A stretch of DNA of 64,000 nucleotides from IMG/VR virus record IMGVR_UViG_3300025840_003125; one strand, 5' to 3'. Of the stretch, positions 10,263 through 19,702 are shown piece by piece. Source of the DNA: a virus. The notes under the pieces are model-generated. The model did no database searches and had not been told where the DNA came from. It saw nothing but the letters and a program-made list of their open reading frames with translations. Positions within the stretch are counted from its first letter, which is position 1. Every line of letters begins with the position of its first letter. Both the position numbers and the translations under genes were made by a program.

Positions 10263-11852
10263 ATGGCTGAACTGTTTGGGTTTAAGATAGAGCGTTTAAA
10301 AGACGCTACAACCGATCCAAGACAAAATATAGTTCCACCTCAAGCGGAAGACGGTACACAAACCGTCCCCGCTGGTGGGTTTTTTGCGTCTTATGGCGGA
10401 TTTGATGTAACGGCTAGAAACGAGCTAGACTTAATAAGAAGATATAGAGAAGTATCACTTCATCCCGAGTGTGACCTTGCAATAGAGGATATCATATCTG
10501 AAGCAATCGTATCAAATGAAAATCAACAATCTGTACAATTAGATTTAAGTAAAATTGAGTACAGCGAATCTATCAAAAAGAAAATAAGAGAATCATTCCA
10601 TGAAGTATTAAAGTTATTAAACTTTGATATAAAAGGCCACGACATCTTTAGAAGATGGTACGTAGATGGTAGATTATACTATCATAAAATTATAGACAAA
10701 GATAGTCCTAGGCTAGGAATTACAGAATTAAGATATATAGACCCTCGGAAAATCAAAAAGATTAGAGAGGTTAGAAAGCAAAGAACAGATGGTATGCCTT
10801 CTTCATTTGCTTTTGAAAACAAATTCCAAGAATATTATATATTCAACGAAAGAGGAATACACCCGACTGCTACATCTAACGCAGGTGGGTTAAGAATAGC
10901 ACCAGATGCTATTTCGTTTTGTCCGTCTGGTTTAATAGATCAGCAGGCAAATCAAGTTTTATCTTATTTACACAAGGCAATTAAACCTGTCAATCAATTA
11001 AGAATGATTGAAGACGCTGTTGTAATATACAGAATTGCTCGTGCACCAGAAAGAAGAATATTCTATATTGATGTAGGTAACTTACCTAAAATTAAGGCTG
11101 AACAATATTTAAGAGATGTTATGGCTAGATATAGAAACAAACTTGTATATGACGCAAGTACAGGTGAAATTAAAGACGATAGAAATCAGATGAGTATGTT
11201 AGAAGACTTTTGGTTACCTCGTAGAGAAGGTGGGAGAGGAACTGAAATTACTACATTACCTGGTGGTCAAAACTTAGGTGAAATACAAGATATAGAATAC
11301 TTCCAAAAGAAACTATATCGTTCTCTTAATATACCAATTAGTAGATTAGAAGGTGGTCAAGGATTTAATCTAGGTCGTGCAGCTGAAATTAGTAGAGATG
11401 AAGTTAAGTTTACTAAATTTGTAGGCAGACTACGTAAAAAATTCTGTATGCTTTTCCATGATCTATTAAAAACACAATTAATATTAAAAGGTGTTATTGC
11501 TCCAGAAGAATGGGACAGTATGCAAGGCGATATTACATATTCTTTCTTACAAGATGGTTACTTTGCTGAATTAAAACACAGCGAAATGATGAGAGAAAGA
11601 GTTATGCTCGCTCAACAACTAGAAGGGTATGTTGGTAGATATTTCTCTAATGAGTATATACGAACCAAGATATTAAAACAAAATGAAACAGAAATTGATG
11701 AAATTGATAAACAAATTAAAGAAGAAGGTTCTGAAGGACAAGCCGAAGAAGTCCCAGCCATCACGCCTAAAAAAGAAACGAATGGCAGTAAAGAAAAAGA
11801 ACCAACATTAAAACCAAAAGAAGGAGAAAAAGATGTCGGAAGAAGTAATTAG
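10263..11852 (+). CDS. gp20: Portal protein gp20
   Basis: WYVDGR, YRIARAPERRIFYIDVGNLP, EDFWLPRREGGRGTEI motifs; late-promoter variant TATAAGTA at 10229-10236. Confidence 0.97.
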   Translation: MAELFGFKIERLKDATTDPRQNIVPPQAEDGTQTVPAGGFFASYGGFDVTARNELDLIRRYREVSLHPECDLAIEDIISEAIVSNENQQSVQLDLSKIEYSESIKKKIRESFHEVLKLLNFDIKGHDIFRRWYVDGRLYYHKIIDKDSPRLGITELRYIDPRKIKKIREVRKQRTDGMPSSFAFENKFQEYYIFNERGIHPTATSNAGGLRIAPDAISFCPSGLIDQQANQVLSYLHKAIKPVNQLRMIEDAVVIYRIARAPERRIFYIDVGNLPKIKAEQYLRDVMARYRNKLVYDASTGEIKDDRNQMSMLEDFWLPRREGGRGTEITTLPGGQNLGEIQDIEYFQKKLYRSLNIPISRLEGGQGFNLGRAAEISRDEVKFTKFVGRLRKKFCMLFHDLLKTQLILKGVIAPEEWDSMQGDITYSFLQDGYFAELKHSEMMRERVMLAQQLEGYVGRYFSNEYIRTKILKQNETEIDEIDKQIKEEGSEGQAEEVPAITPKKETNGSKEKEPTLKPKEGEKDVGRSN

Positions 11853-11991
11853 ATATGGTGCTGGTGGCGTTCCTTACGTAAAGAAAACAGAAGCACCTAA
11901 GGAAGAAGTTAAAGAAGAAGTAATATCTGAAATTTTAACAAAGAATCCTAACAAAGAAAAAAAATCTGAAACTACTAAAGAAAAAAAGTAA
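11833..11991 (+). CDS. Small charged hypothetical protein (52 aa)
   Basis: AAGGAG RBS; MSEEVIRYGAGGVPYVKK...; overlaps gp20 stop and fills the gap; not in ORF track. Confidence 0.6.
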   Translation: MSEEVIRYGAGGVPYVKKTEAPKEEVKEEVISEILTKNPNKEKKSETTKEKK

Positions 11992-12009
11992 TAGGAGATA
12001 AATAATATT

Positions 12010-12264
12010 ATGAGTAAAGAAAATTTAAACAAGTTTGTTAATTCACTACAACAAGGTGACGCTAAACAGGCAGGAGATGACTTAAAAAATGCTCTTGCAG
12101 ATAAAGTTAGTGCAGCCTTAGATGACGCTAAAGTTGATGTGGCAAAGTCAGTATTTACAGGACAACAAGGCGCAGACGCTCCAGAAGCGAATGTGTTTAG
12201 TGGTAATGATATAAGTGCTGAAACTCCTGCACCAGAGGTAGCTAGTGATGAAGTGGCTCAGTAA
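12010..12264 (+). CDS. Small acidic prohead core protein (gp67-like position)
   Basis: Acidic 84 aa between portal and prohead protease; AGGAG RBS. Confidence 0.55.
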   Translation: MSKENLNKFVNSLQQGDAKQAGDDLKNALADKVSAALDDAKVDVAKSVFTGQQGADAPEANVFSGNDISAETPAPEVASDEVAQ

Positions 12265-12502
12265 TTTTATCAAAGATAATATAACTGAAGGCAACGATTA
12301 TAAGCGTACTAGACAGTACAACAAACTCACGCCTAAAATGAAGCGTGCTGTAGATATGATATTCAGAGCTGCTGATAAAGACGCAGATGTAATATCTAAT
12401 TTTGAAAAAAATGTCAATACAGCTGCAAAACAATTTGGTGTAAGTAAACAAGATTTAATGACGTATTTTGATAAAGAAACGTTAACAATTTTAAGGAGAT
12501 AG
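12245..12502 (+). CDS. Hypothetical head-module protein
   Basis: Overlapping ORF in gp20-gp21 interval; N-terminal ..FIKDNITE possible gp21 site. Confidence 0.55.
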   Translation: MMKWLSNFIKDNITEGNDYKRTRQYNKLTPKMKRAVDMIFRAADKDADVISNFEKNVNTAAKQFGVSKQDLMTYFDKETLTILRR

Positions 12503-12504
12503 AA

Positions 12505-12756
12505 ATGGGAACATTTATAATAAAAGGAACCGCTATTGAAGGTACATTGACTGATAATTCAATCGACAATTCACCTTTTGTAAGAGTAGTTGCTACTGCT
12601 GCTACAAATACTATTACAGTAAAAGATGGCAGTACTACTTTAGGTACAACTTTATTACATTCTGCTGGCGATGAAATTACGATAGAAAAACATCCTAAAC
12701 ATACAATTTCATCAAGTGATGATATAAGTGCTACTGCTGTAGGCGTAGGACACTAA
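12505..12756 (+). CDS. Hypothetical virion protein
   Basis: AGGAG RBS, compact packing. Confidence 0.6.
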   Translation: MGTFIIKGTAIEGTLTDNSIDNSPFVRVVATAATNTITVKDGSTTLGTTLLHSAGDEITIEKHPKHTISSSDDISATAVGVGH

Positions 12757-12757
12757 C

Positions 12758-13150
12758 ATGGCTGATACAGTATCTACACAAACATTAACAGATACGACAG
12801 GCGTAAAGTTTGCCGTTAAGATGACTAACTTTTCTGACGGTACAGGTGAAACTTTAGTTAAAAAAGTTGACGCTAGCGAAACAACTTTTATGACTGAAGA
12901 CGGTAATCGTAAAATATCAAAAATCTTTTATTCAATAAACACTGCTAATCCTAAATCAGCAGTTGAATTGATATGGGATGGTACAGATAATGCAACGGCA
13001 GTTTTGTTGTCTGGTCAAGGTTTTTGGGACTTACGTGCCGATGGAAACGAGATTTTAAACAACGCAACAACACCTACAGGTGATGTTTTGCTTTCTACAA
13101 AAAACTTTGCAAACGGTGATAATTATACGATTTTAGTGGTTTTCAGATAG
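12758..13150 (+). CDS. Hypothetical virion protein
   Basis: AGGA RBS, compact packing, beta-rich composition. Confidence 0.6.
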   Translation: MADTVSTQTLTDTTGVKFAVKMTNFSDGTGETLVKKVDASETTFMTEDGNRKISKIFYSINTANPKSAVELIWDGTDNATAVLLSGQGFWDLRADGNEILNNATTPTGDVLLSTKNFANGDNYTILVVFR

Positions 13151-13157
13151 CAATTTG

Positions 13158-13165
13158 TATAAATA
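13158..13165 (+). promoter_or_regulatory. T4-type late promoter
   Basis: TATAAATA upstream of gp21. Confidence 0.8.
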
Positions 13166-13192
13166 TTAGAGAGAAATTAGAGATAGATACAA

Positions 13193-13837
13193 ATGAAGTT
13201 AATTACCGAAGAAATATCAAACGCAGAATATATCGTAGAAGAAAAAAATGGTAAAAGAAATTATTCCATTAAAGGTATATTCATGCAATCAGACGTTAAG
13301 AATAGGAATGGAAGAATCTATCCTAAAGAAATCTTACAAAAAGAAGTTGTAAGATACAATAGAGAGTTCATCAATAAAAGCAGAGCATTCGGCGAACTTG
13401 GTCATCCTGATGGCCCGACAGTAAATTTAGAAAGAGTTTCGCATATGATTAAGGCTTTGTATCCAGAAGGCGCAAATTTTATAGGTGAAGCACGAGTTTT
13501 AGATACCCCATATGGAAAAATAGTGAAAAGTTTAATTGACGAGGGTGCAAAATTAGGTGTTTCAAGTAGAGGAATGGGTACACTTGCAAATGTAGGTGGT
13601 GCCAATGTAGTTAAAGACGATTTTTACCTTGCGACCGCGGCTGATATAGTCGCAGACCCAAGTGCTCCAGACGCTTTCGTAGAAGGCATTATGGAAGGCA
13701 AAGAGTGGGTTTGGAATAATGGGATTTTGAAAGAGCAAGAAGTAAACGAATTAAAGTTACAAGTAGAAAGTAAAGAGAGAATGGCAAGAGCAGAAAAGAA
13801 TGCTCAAGTATTCGAATCTTTTCTTAAAAAACTGTAA
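13193..13837 (+). CDS. gp21: Prohead protease gp21
   Basis: NRNGRIY, GELGHP, GVSSRGMG, DIVADPSAPDAFV motifs. Confidence 0.96.
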   Translation: MKLITEEISNAEYIVEEKNGKRNYSIKGIFMQSDVKNRNGRIYPKEILQKEVVRYNREFINKSRAFGELGHPDGPTVNLERVSHMIKALYPEGANFIGEARVLDTPYGKIVKSLIDEGAKLGVSSRGMGTLANVGGANVVKDDFYLATAADIVADPSAPDAFVEGIMEGKEWVWNNGILKEQEVNELKLQVESKERMARAEKNAQVFESFLKKL

Positions 13838-13840
13838 TTT

Positions 13841-13848
13841 TATAAATA
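13841..13848 (+). promoter_or_regulatory. T4-type late promoter
   Basis: TATAAATA upstream of gp22. Confidence 0.8.
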
Positions 13849-13922
13849 GTAATTGACTCATTCCGAGAGGATTGGTGCATTTATTTTACAACAACAAGAA
13901 AAACTATTGAGGAGATAGAACG

Positions 13923-15257
13923 ATGGCTGACAATACTGTGGCAGATTTGCCAACAAAAAATGCAGCTCCAGCTGAACCAGCAAAGTCGTTACAGGCAACT
14001 GTACAACAAGTGATGAATAAAGCAATCACTTCACCGACTGACGCAAAAGTAGATTTCGCACAAGGGGTTAACCACATTACAGGTGACCCACATCAAAAAA
14101 GTGCAGGTACAGCGGACGCAATGCCTACTCTCTCTGCTGAAAAAGAGCCTAAAAAAGATATTCAGGCTACTTACGAAGCTGATGAGAAAAAGGACGAAAA
14201 AGAAAAAGAAGATATGAAAGAAGCAGAACACTCTAAAGATGATGAGAAGAAAAAAGAAGATGTGAAAGAGGGTGAAATGCCAGCTGGTCTTAAAAAATAC
14301 CTAGATAAAAAGGATGATAAAGAAGACGAGAAAAAAGAAGAAAAAGAAGACAAGAAAGACGTTAAAGAAGCTGAAGACAAAGAAGACGTTAAAGAATCTG
14401 AGTCAAAAGAAGATGAAAAGAAAAAAGAAGAGTCTTATGATGACAAGAAAAAAGACGTTAAAGAAGCAGAAGAAAAAGAAGATGAAAAAGAAGTGAAAAA
14501 AGAAATGTCTGCTAAAGATAAAGTAAAAGACATGGATATGAAAGAAGACGTTGCTGCTCTAACTGATGGTGAAGAACTATCGGAAGAGTTTAAACAAAAA
14601 GCTTCTACTATATTTGAAGCTGCTGTTAAAGCAAAACTTGTTGAAGAAATAGAAAATTTAGAGAGCGAATACGAAACTAAGGTTAATGAGAAAGTTGAAG
14701 AAACTAAATCAGAAATCGTAGAAAAAGTTGACGCTTACCTAAACTATGTTGTCGAGGAGTGGATGAAAGAAAACGAATTGGCAATAGAAAAAGGTTTAAG
14801 AGCTGAGATTACTGAAGATTTTATCGGTGGTCTTAAATCTTTATTTGAATCTCACTACATCAATGTTCCACAAGAGAAGTATGATGTGATTGAGGCTCAG
14901 ACTGCTGAGATAGAGAAGTTAAAAGAAGAAGTTAACCAAACTATTGAGAAAAACGTTGAGTTAAATCAGGCAATCGGTCAACACGTAAGAGCAGATATTA
15001 TCAATGATGTATCATCTGATCTTGCTGAAACTGAATCTGAAAAACTTAAAGGTTTAGCAGAAAGTATTGAATACAAAGACGCTGACAGTTTTAGAACAAG
15101 TATAGAAACATTAAAAAATTCTTACTTCCCTAAAACAAAAGCGAGTGATAACGAATCTAATGAAGTAGCAGAAAACAATGCTGGCTCTATGAATGAGTCA
15201 ATGGCTGCATATACTGCTGCAATTAGTAAATCAAAGAAAAACCCATACGTAAAGTAA
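13923..15257 (+). CDS. gp22: Prohead core scaffold protein gp22
   Basis: LSEEFKQKASTIFEAAV, YLNYVVEEW, LKNSYF; long K/E/D-rich tract; between gp21 and gp23. Confidence 0.92.
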   Translation: MADNTVADLPTKNAAPAEPAKSLQATVQQVMNKAITSPTDAKVDFAQGVNHITGDPHQKSAGTADAMPTLSAEKEPKKDIQATYEADEKKDEKEKEDMKEAEHSKDDEKKKEDVKEGEMPAGLKKYLDKKDDKEDEKKEEKEDKKDVKEAEDKEDVKESESKEDEKKKEESYDDKKKDVKEAEEKEDEKEVKKEMSAKDKVKDMDMKEDVAALTDGEELSEEFKQKASTIFEAAVKAKLVEEIENLESEYETKVNEKVEETKSEIVEKVDAYLNYVVEEWMKENELAIEKGLRAEITEDFIGGLKSLFESHYINVPQEKYDVIEAQTAEIEKLKEEVNQTIEKNVELNQAIGQHVRADIINDVSSDLAETESEKLKGLAESIEYKDADSFRTSIETLKNSYFPKTKASDNESNEVAENNAGSMNESMAAYTAAISKSKKNPYVK

Positions 15258-15296
15258 GGGTTAGTTAATTAACTAAAAAGAAGGAGAGATAGAAAA

Positions 15297-16673
15297 ATGT
15301 TTTTATCTGAATCAATGCAAAACAAGTGGCAGCCCGTTTTAGACCATCCTGATCTTCCTGAGGTCAAAGATAGTTATAAAAGAGCCGTTACTTCAATGAT
15401 ATTAGAGAACCAAGAAAAGTCGCTTAAAGAAGACGCTGCTTTCTTATCAGAAGCTGCGCCAACTAACGCAACAGGTTCTTCAATACAAAACTGGAATCCT
15501 ATTTTAATTAGCTTAGTAAGAAGAGCAATGCCTAACCTTATCGCATACGATATCGCTGGTGTTCAACCTATGTCAGGCCCAACTGGTCTGATCTTCGCAA
15601 TGAGAAGCAGATATGCCTCTCAAAGTGGTGGTGAAGCTCTTTTTGACGAAGCTGATACAGACTTTAGTGGTAGAAATGCTGCTGGATCATCTGTAAATGC
15701 TAAAACAGGCCCAGCACAAACTGGTGAAAACCCAGCTGTTCTTAATGACTCAATCGGTACTTCTACTGGTTACACAACTGGTACTGGTATGACTACTGAC
15801 TATGCTGAAGCACTAGGTGATGCTTCCACTAACGCATTTGCTGAAATGGCATTCTCAATTGAGAAGTCAACGGTAACTGCGAAAAGCAGAGCATTAAAGG
15901 CTGAGTACACTATGGAATTAGCACAGGACCTTAAAGCAATTCACGGCTTAGACGCTGAAACTGAATTGTCTAACATATTATCTGCTGAAATCTTAGCTGA
16001 GATCAACAGAGAAGTAGTTAGAACAGTTTATAGAACTGCTGAAGTAGGTGCTGCTGATAATGACAACTCACACGCTGCAATTAACACAACAACTGCTGGT
16101 ATATTTGACCTTGACACAGACTCTAATGGTAGATGGTCTGTTGAAAGATTCAAAGGTCTTATGTTCCAACTAGAGAGAGATGCAAACACAATCGCTCAGA
16201 GAACCAGAAGAGGAAAAGGTAACATGATTATCTGTTCTTCAGATGTTGCCTCTGCATTACAAATGGCGGGTGTTTTGGATTACACTCCTGCATTAAACAA
16301 CAACTTAAACATTGACGATACTGGTAATACTTTTGCTGGTGTATTAAATGGTAAGTACAAAGTTTACATTGACCCATATGCTGCTAACATGGCAAGCAAT
16401 GCGTCACCTACTAAACAGTACTACGTTGTTGGTTACAAAGGAACTTCTCCATACGACGCTGGTTTATTCTATTGTCCGTATGTACCTCTACAAATGGTTA
16501 GAGCAGTAGGTCAGGATAACTTCCAACCGAAAATCGGTTTCAAAACTAGATACGGTATGGTTGCTAATCCATTTGCTGGTGCTTCTGCGTCAGGAAATAT
16601 TACTGCTGACGGTGTTGGTGCAATCAACGCTAACAGATACTACAGACGTGTTCAAGTTACGAACATCATGTAA
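15297..16673 (+). CDS. gp23: Major capsid protein gp23
   Basis: GVQPMSGPTGLIFAMR, KSRALKAEY, FYCPYVPL, QPKIGFKTRYG motifs. Confidence 0.98.
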   Translation: MFLSESMQNKWQPVLDHPDLPEVKDSYKRAVTSMILENQEKSLKEDAAFLSEAAPTNATGSSIQNWNPILISLVRRAMPNLIAYDIAGVQPMSGPTGLIFAMRSRYASQSGGEALFDEADTDFSGRNAAGSSVNAKTGPAQTGENPAVLNDSIGTSTGYTTGTGMTTDYAEALGDASTNAFAEMAFSIEKSTVTAKSRALKAEYTMELAQDLKAIHGLDAETELSNILSAEILAEINREVVRTVYRTAEVGAADNDNSHAAINTTTAGIFDLDTDSNGRWSVERFKGLMFQLERDANTIAQRTRRGKGNMIICSSDVASALQMAGVLDYTPALNNNLNIDDTGNTFAGVLNGKYKVYIDPYAANMASNASPTKQYYVVGYKGTSPYDAGLFYCPYVPLQMVRAVGQDNFQPKIGFKTRYGMVANPFAGASASGNITADGVGAINANRYYRRVQVTNIM

Positions 16674-16697
16674 TATTTGTTGAGAAACAAATTTAAG

Positions 16698-16724
16698 AAG
16701 GGCGCTTCGGCGCCCTTTTTTTTT
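16698..16724 (+). terminator. Rho-independent terminator after gp23
   Basis: AAGGGCGC-TTCG-GCGCCCTT followed by a T run. Confidence 0.92.
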
Positions 16725-16744
16725 AGCATAAATAAAAGTAGATT

Positions 16745-17026
16745 ATGTTTTATACTGAAAGAATAACAATTTATAAAGAAATACCCATGTTGAAAAAAAC
16801 ACCATTTAAAGAGCTTCTAGGAATATTAGTAGTAGGTAGTATTATTACGTTATTAGCATTAGGTCTTAATTATTTAAATCCTAAGCCAAATGTATTAGAA
16901 GAATTAGAAGAAAAAATTAAAAAAGTAGAACAAAAAGAAATTGTTTTAACTGAACCTGAAAAACAACTAGAAAAACAAGCTACAGAAAAAGAATGGCAAG
17001 AAGTAGATAAACAAACAGATAAATAG
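16745..17026 (+). CDS. Hypothetical single-TM membrane protein
   Basis: LLGILVVGSIITLLALGL hydrophobic segment followed by charged coil; CATAAATA at 16727-16734. Confidence 0.6.
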   Translation: MFYTERITIYKEIPMLKKTPFKELLGILVVGSIITLLALGLNYLNPKPNVLEELEEKIKKVEQKEIVLTEPEKQLEKQATEKEWQEVDKQTDK

Positions 17027-17030
17027 CTGT

Positions 17031-17657
17031 ATGACAGTAACAAACTCATACACTAGACAACCAACTAAACTGGACTATGCTAGTCCTACACAGTTTAAGT
17101 TTTCTATAATCAAGTTACCTAAAGTAGAATATTTTTGTACTACAGCAAATGTGCCTGGTATTACACTAGGTTCATCAGCACAAGCTACACCTTTTAAAGA
17201 TATACCTATACCTGGTGATAAACTAGATTACGATACATTAAACATACAGTTTTTAGTAGATGAAAATTTAGAAAACTATAGAGAGATACATGGTTGGATG
17301 ACTGGTCTTGGATTTCCTAAAGATCATTCACAATTTAGATCATTACAGGCTGCAGGATCAGACAGATATCCTACAACAACAAGCGAAACTTACAATAAAG
17401 AATTGGGACAAGTTGTAAAACAAACTTCAGATGATGGTGGTTTGTATTCAGACGCTACATTGTTTATATTAACAAGTAAAAACAATTCAAATATAGAAGT
17501 ACGTTTTAGAGATATTTACCCAATATCATTATCTGGTTTAGATTACAATCAACAAGCAACAGATGTAAATTACTTAACAGCAAGTGTAACGTTTCAATAT
17601 AAACTTTATGAGTTTGCTAATGTAAGTGGTAGTGACACATTAGAAACAACTACTTAA
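17031..17657 (+). CDS. gp3: Tail tube terminator/completion protein gp3
   Basis: PKVEYFC, PGDKLDY, FLVDENLENY, SDATL, F.DIYPISLSGLDY motifs; follows gp23 as in marine T4-like phages. Confidence 0.85.
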   Translation: MTVTNSYTRQPTKLDYASPTQFKFSIIKLPKVEYFCTTANVPGITLGSSAQATPFKDIPIPGDKLDYDTLNIQFLVDENLENYREIHGWMTGLGFPKDHSQFRSLQAAGSDRYPTTTSETYNKELGQVVKQTSDDGGLYSDATLFILTSKNNSNIEVRFRDIYPISLSGLDYNQQATDVNYLTASVTFQYKLYEFANVSGSDTLETTT

Positions 17658-17676
17658 TTATAACATATATAATATT

Positions 17677-19242
17677 ATGACAGTACGTGTAAGACCTAGA
17701 GATTTAAAACTTCCCGAATATATGACAAGAGGTGGTCCAGGCGACCTATCAATGCCAGGTAACGTCAACACTACAGAATGGTGGCGACCTGAAAACATGT
17801 CAGAGCTTGGCAAAAAGAAAGCTGCTGAAAAAGGATCAATAGTAGAACAAGCAAAAAGTAAAGAAATATTTTGGTGTGGTATACCTTTTACACAATTATA
17901 TAACGAAATAGATGGTAGATATCAAGCGTGTTGTTTTGCAGAACCTGATAAAGTTAGTACCATAAAAAATACTTCTTTAAAAGATTGGATGCACAAAAGT
18001 GCTTATATGAATGTATTGAGAAAAGAAATGACAACACCTATAAAGGAACAAAAAGATCCTTTAAAATGGACTAAAAAACTTTGTACAAGATGTGTTACAG
18101 ATGAAGAAAAATATGGCAGATCCAGAAGAACAAATTGTTTAAAAATTCACACAAATAATCATTGGTTCTGGGACGACATTGAGCACATAGCAGATAGATT
18201 TAGAAAAACAGGTGAATATAAACTTGATAGAAGGGTATTAGAAATACAATTAAAGATATATGGCTCAGAGTGTAATTTAGATTGTTTTATGTGTCTTCAT
18301 GCTAACTCAACTACAAGAATGAAAGTAGCAGAAAGTGGTGTATGGAACAATGAAATATGGACTGAAGAAAACGCAGGTGTTGGTATACAAGAATCAAACG
18401 AATTAAAATCAAAATATAAATTAGTAGGTAAAAAACTAAAGAAAGTATTAGAAGATAATACTCCAGGTTCTATAGAACAAATATTAGAATTAGCACCTTA
18501 CACACGTAGTATAAAAATTATAGGTGGTGAACCACTTATTATGAAAAGACAATATGAGATGTTACAGGCCTTAATAGATAGTGGCGATTCAAAAGAAATT
18601 ATTATAAAATTTCAAACAAACATGACAAAAATGGCAAGAGGTAAACATAATATGTTTAAGTATATACCCCATTTTAAACTTGTAACTATGGTTGGTTCTG
18701 TAGATGGTGTAGGTAAAACTATTGAGTATATGAGAAGAAGAACAGATTGGCCTGAACTAGTTGACAATATAGAAAAAATCAAAAAATATCCTAATGCAGT
18801 TGTAGATTTCAATGGTCTAGTTTCTTTTTTAAGTGTTATGAGATTTTATGAAGTTATAGATTGGTGCAAAGACAATCCTGTTATAGATCAAATCAATTGG
18901 GCTATGTTAGAAAACCCAAAACATTTTGCAGTACATAATTTACCTAAAAAAATAAAAGATGATTTAATAATAAAATATTCAAAGTTTCCCGATATTGTAG
19001 CTGCATTAGAAAAGAAACCTGATTCAGATGTAAATATACAAGATACATTTCAATACTTGTTGCAACAAGACAGGTACTATGTAGGCACTAAATGGGAATC
19101 ACATTTGTTTGATGTATTTCCTGAACTAGAAGAATTTTACGACCCTAACTATAAGTCACCAAACGAGTTAGATAGAAGGATGCAAACGGAATTAAAAAAA
19201 GGTATTGATAAGGCATATGAAATCCCAGACTTATTAACTTAA
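17677..19242 (+). CDS. Radical SAM protein with N-terminal twitch/SPASM-like Cys cluster
   Basis: CNLDCFMC (CxxxCxxC), GGEP, SVDG..EYMR; N-terminal C-x-PF...ACC...CTRC. Confidence 0.85.
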   Translation: MTVRVRPRDLKLPEYMTRGGPGDLSMPGNVNTTEWWRPENMSELGKKKAAEKGSIVEQAKSKEIFWCGIPFTQLYNEIDGRYQACCFAEPDKVSTIKNTSLKDWMHKSAYMNVLRKEMTTPIKEQKDPLKWTKKLCTRCVTDEEKYGRSRRTNCLKIHTNNHWFWDDIEHIADRFRKTGEYKLDRRVLEIQLKIYGSECNLDCFMCLHANSTTRMKVAESGVWNNEIWTEENAGVGIQESNELKSKYKLVGKKLKKVLEDNTPGSIEQILELAPYTRSIKIIGGEPLIMKRQYEMLQALIDSGDSKEIIIKFQTNMTKMARGKHNMFKYIPHFKLVTMVGSVDGVGKTIEYMRRRTDWPELVDNIEKIKKYPNAVVDFNGLVSFLSVMRFYEVIDWCKDNPVIDQINWAMLENPKHFAVHNLPKKIKDDLIIKYSKFPDIVAALEKKPDSDVNIQDTFQYLLQQDRYYVGTKWESHLFDVFPELEEFYDPNYKSPNELDRRMQTELKKGIDKAYEIPDLLT

Positions 19243-19272
19243 TATATACTATAACAATATAATGGAGATATT

Positions 19273-19701
19273 ATGACATTTGACGAACTACAGGCACTCG
19301 CCGATGAAGACCTAAAAATAAATGATACTGAACTTGATTTAGAATCATTAAAAACACCACAACTACACAACAAGTATATGAAGTTTCATAATCAATATAC
19401 TAATCTATTGAAGAAGGCTGAGCAAGACTTGGCAAGATTAACAAGAGAAAAATGGGAATACTATACAGGCAAGGCAGACCCTAGTGTGTATCAAGTAAAA
19501 CCTTTTAATTTAAAAATATTAAAACAAGATGTTGACAAATATCTTAAATCAGATGATGAACTTATTAAGTTAGATCAAAAAGTAACTTATATACAAAGTG
19601 TTGTTGACTACCTAGATAGAACAGTTAAGATTATTTCTAATCGTGGTTTTCAAATAAAGAACGCTATAGACTGGCGTAAGTTTACATCTGGCGTAATCTA
19701 A
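19273..19701 (+). CDS. uvsY: Recombination mediator UvsY
   Basis: ESLKTPQLHNKY, WEYYTGKA, RGFQIKNAIDW motifs. Confidence 0.92.
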   Translation: MTFDELQALADEDLKINDTELDLESLKTPQLHNKYMKFHNQYTNLLKKAEQDLARLTREKWEYYTGKADPSVYQVKPFNLKILKQDVDKYLKSDDELIKLDQKVTYIQSVVDYLDRTVKIISNRGFQIKNAIDWRKFTSGVI

Positions 19702-19702
19702 A

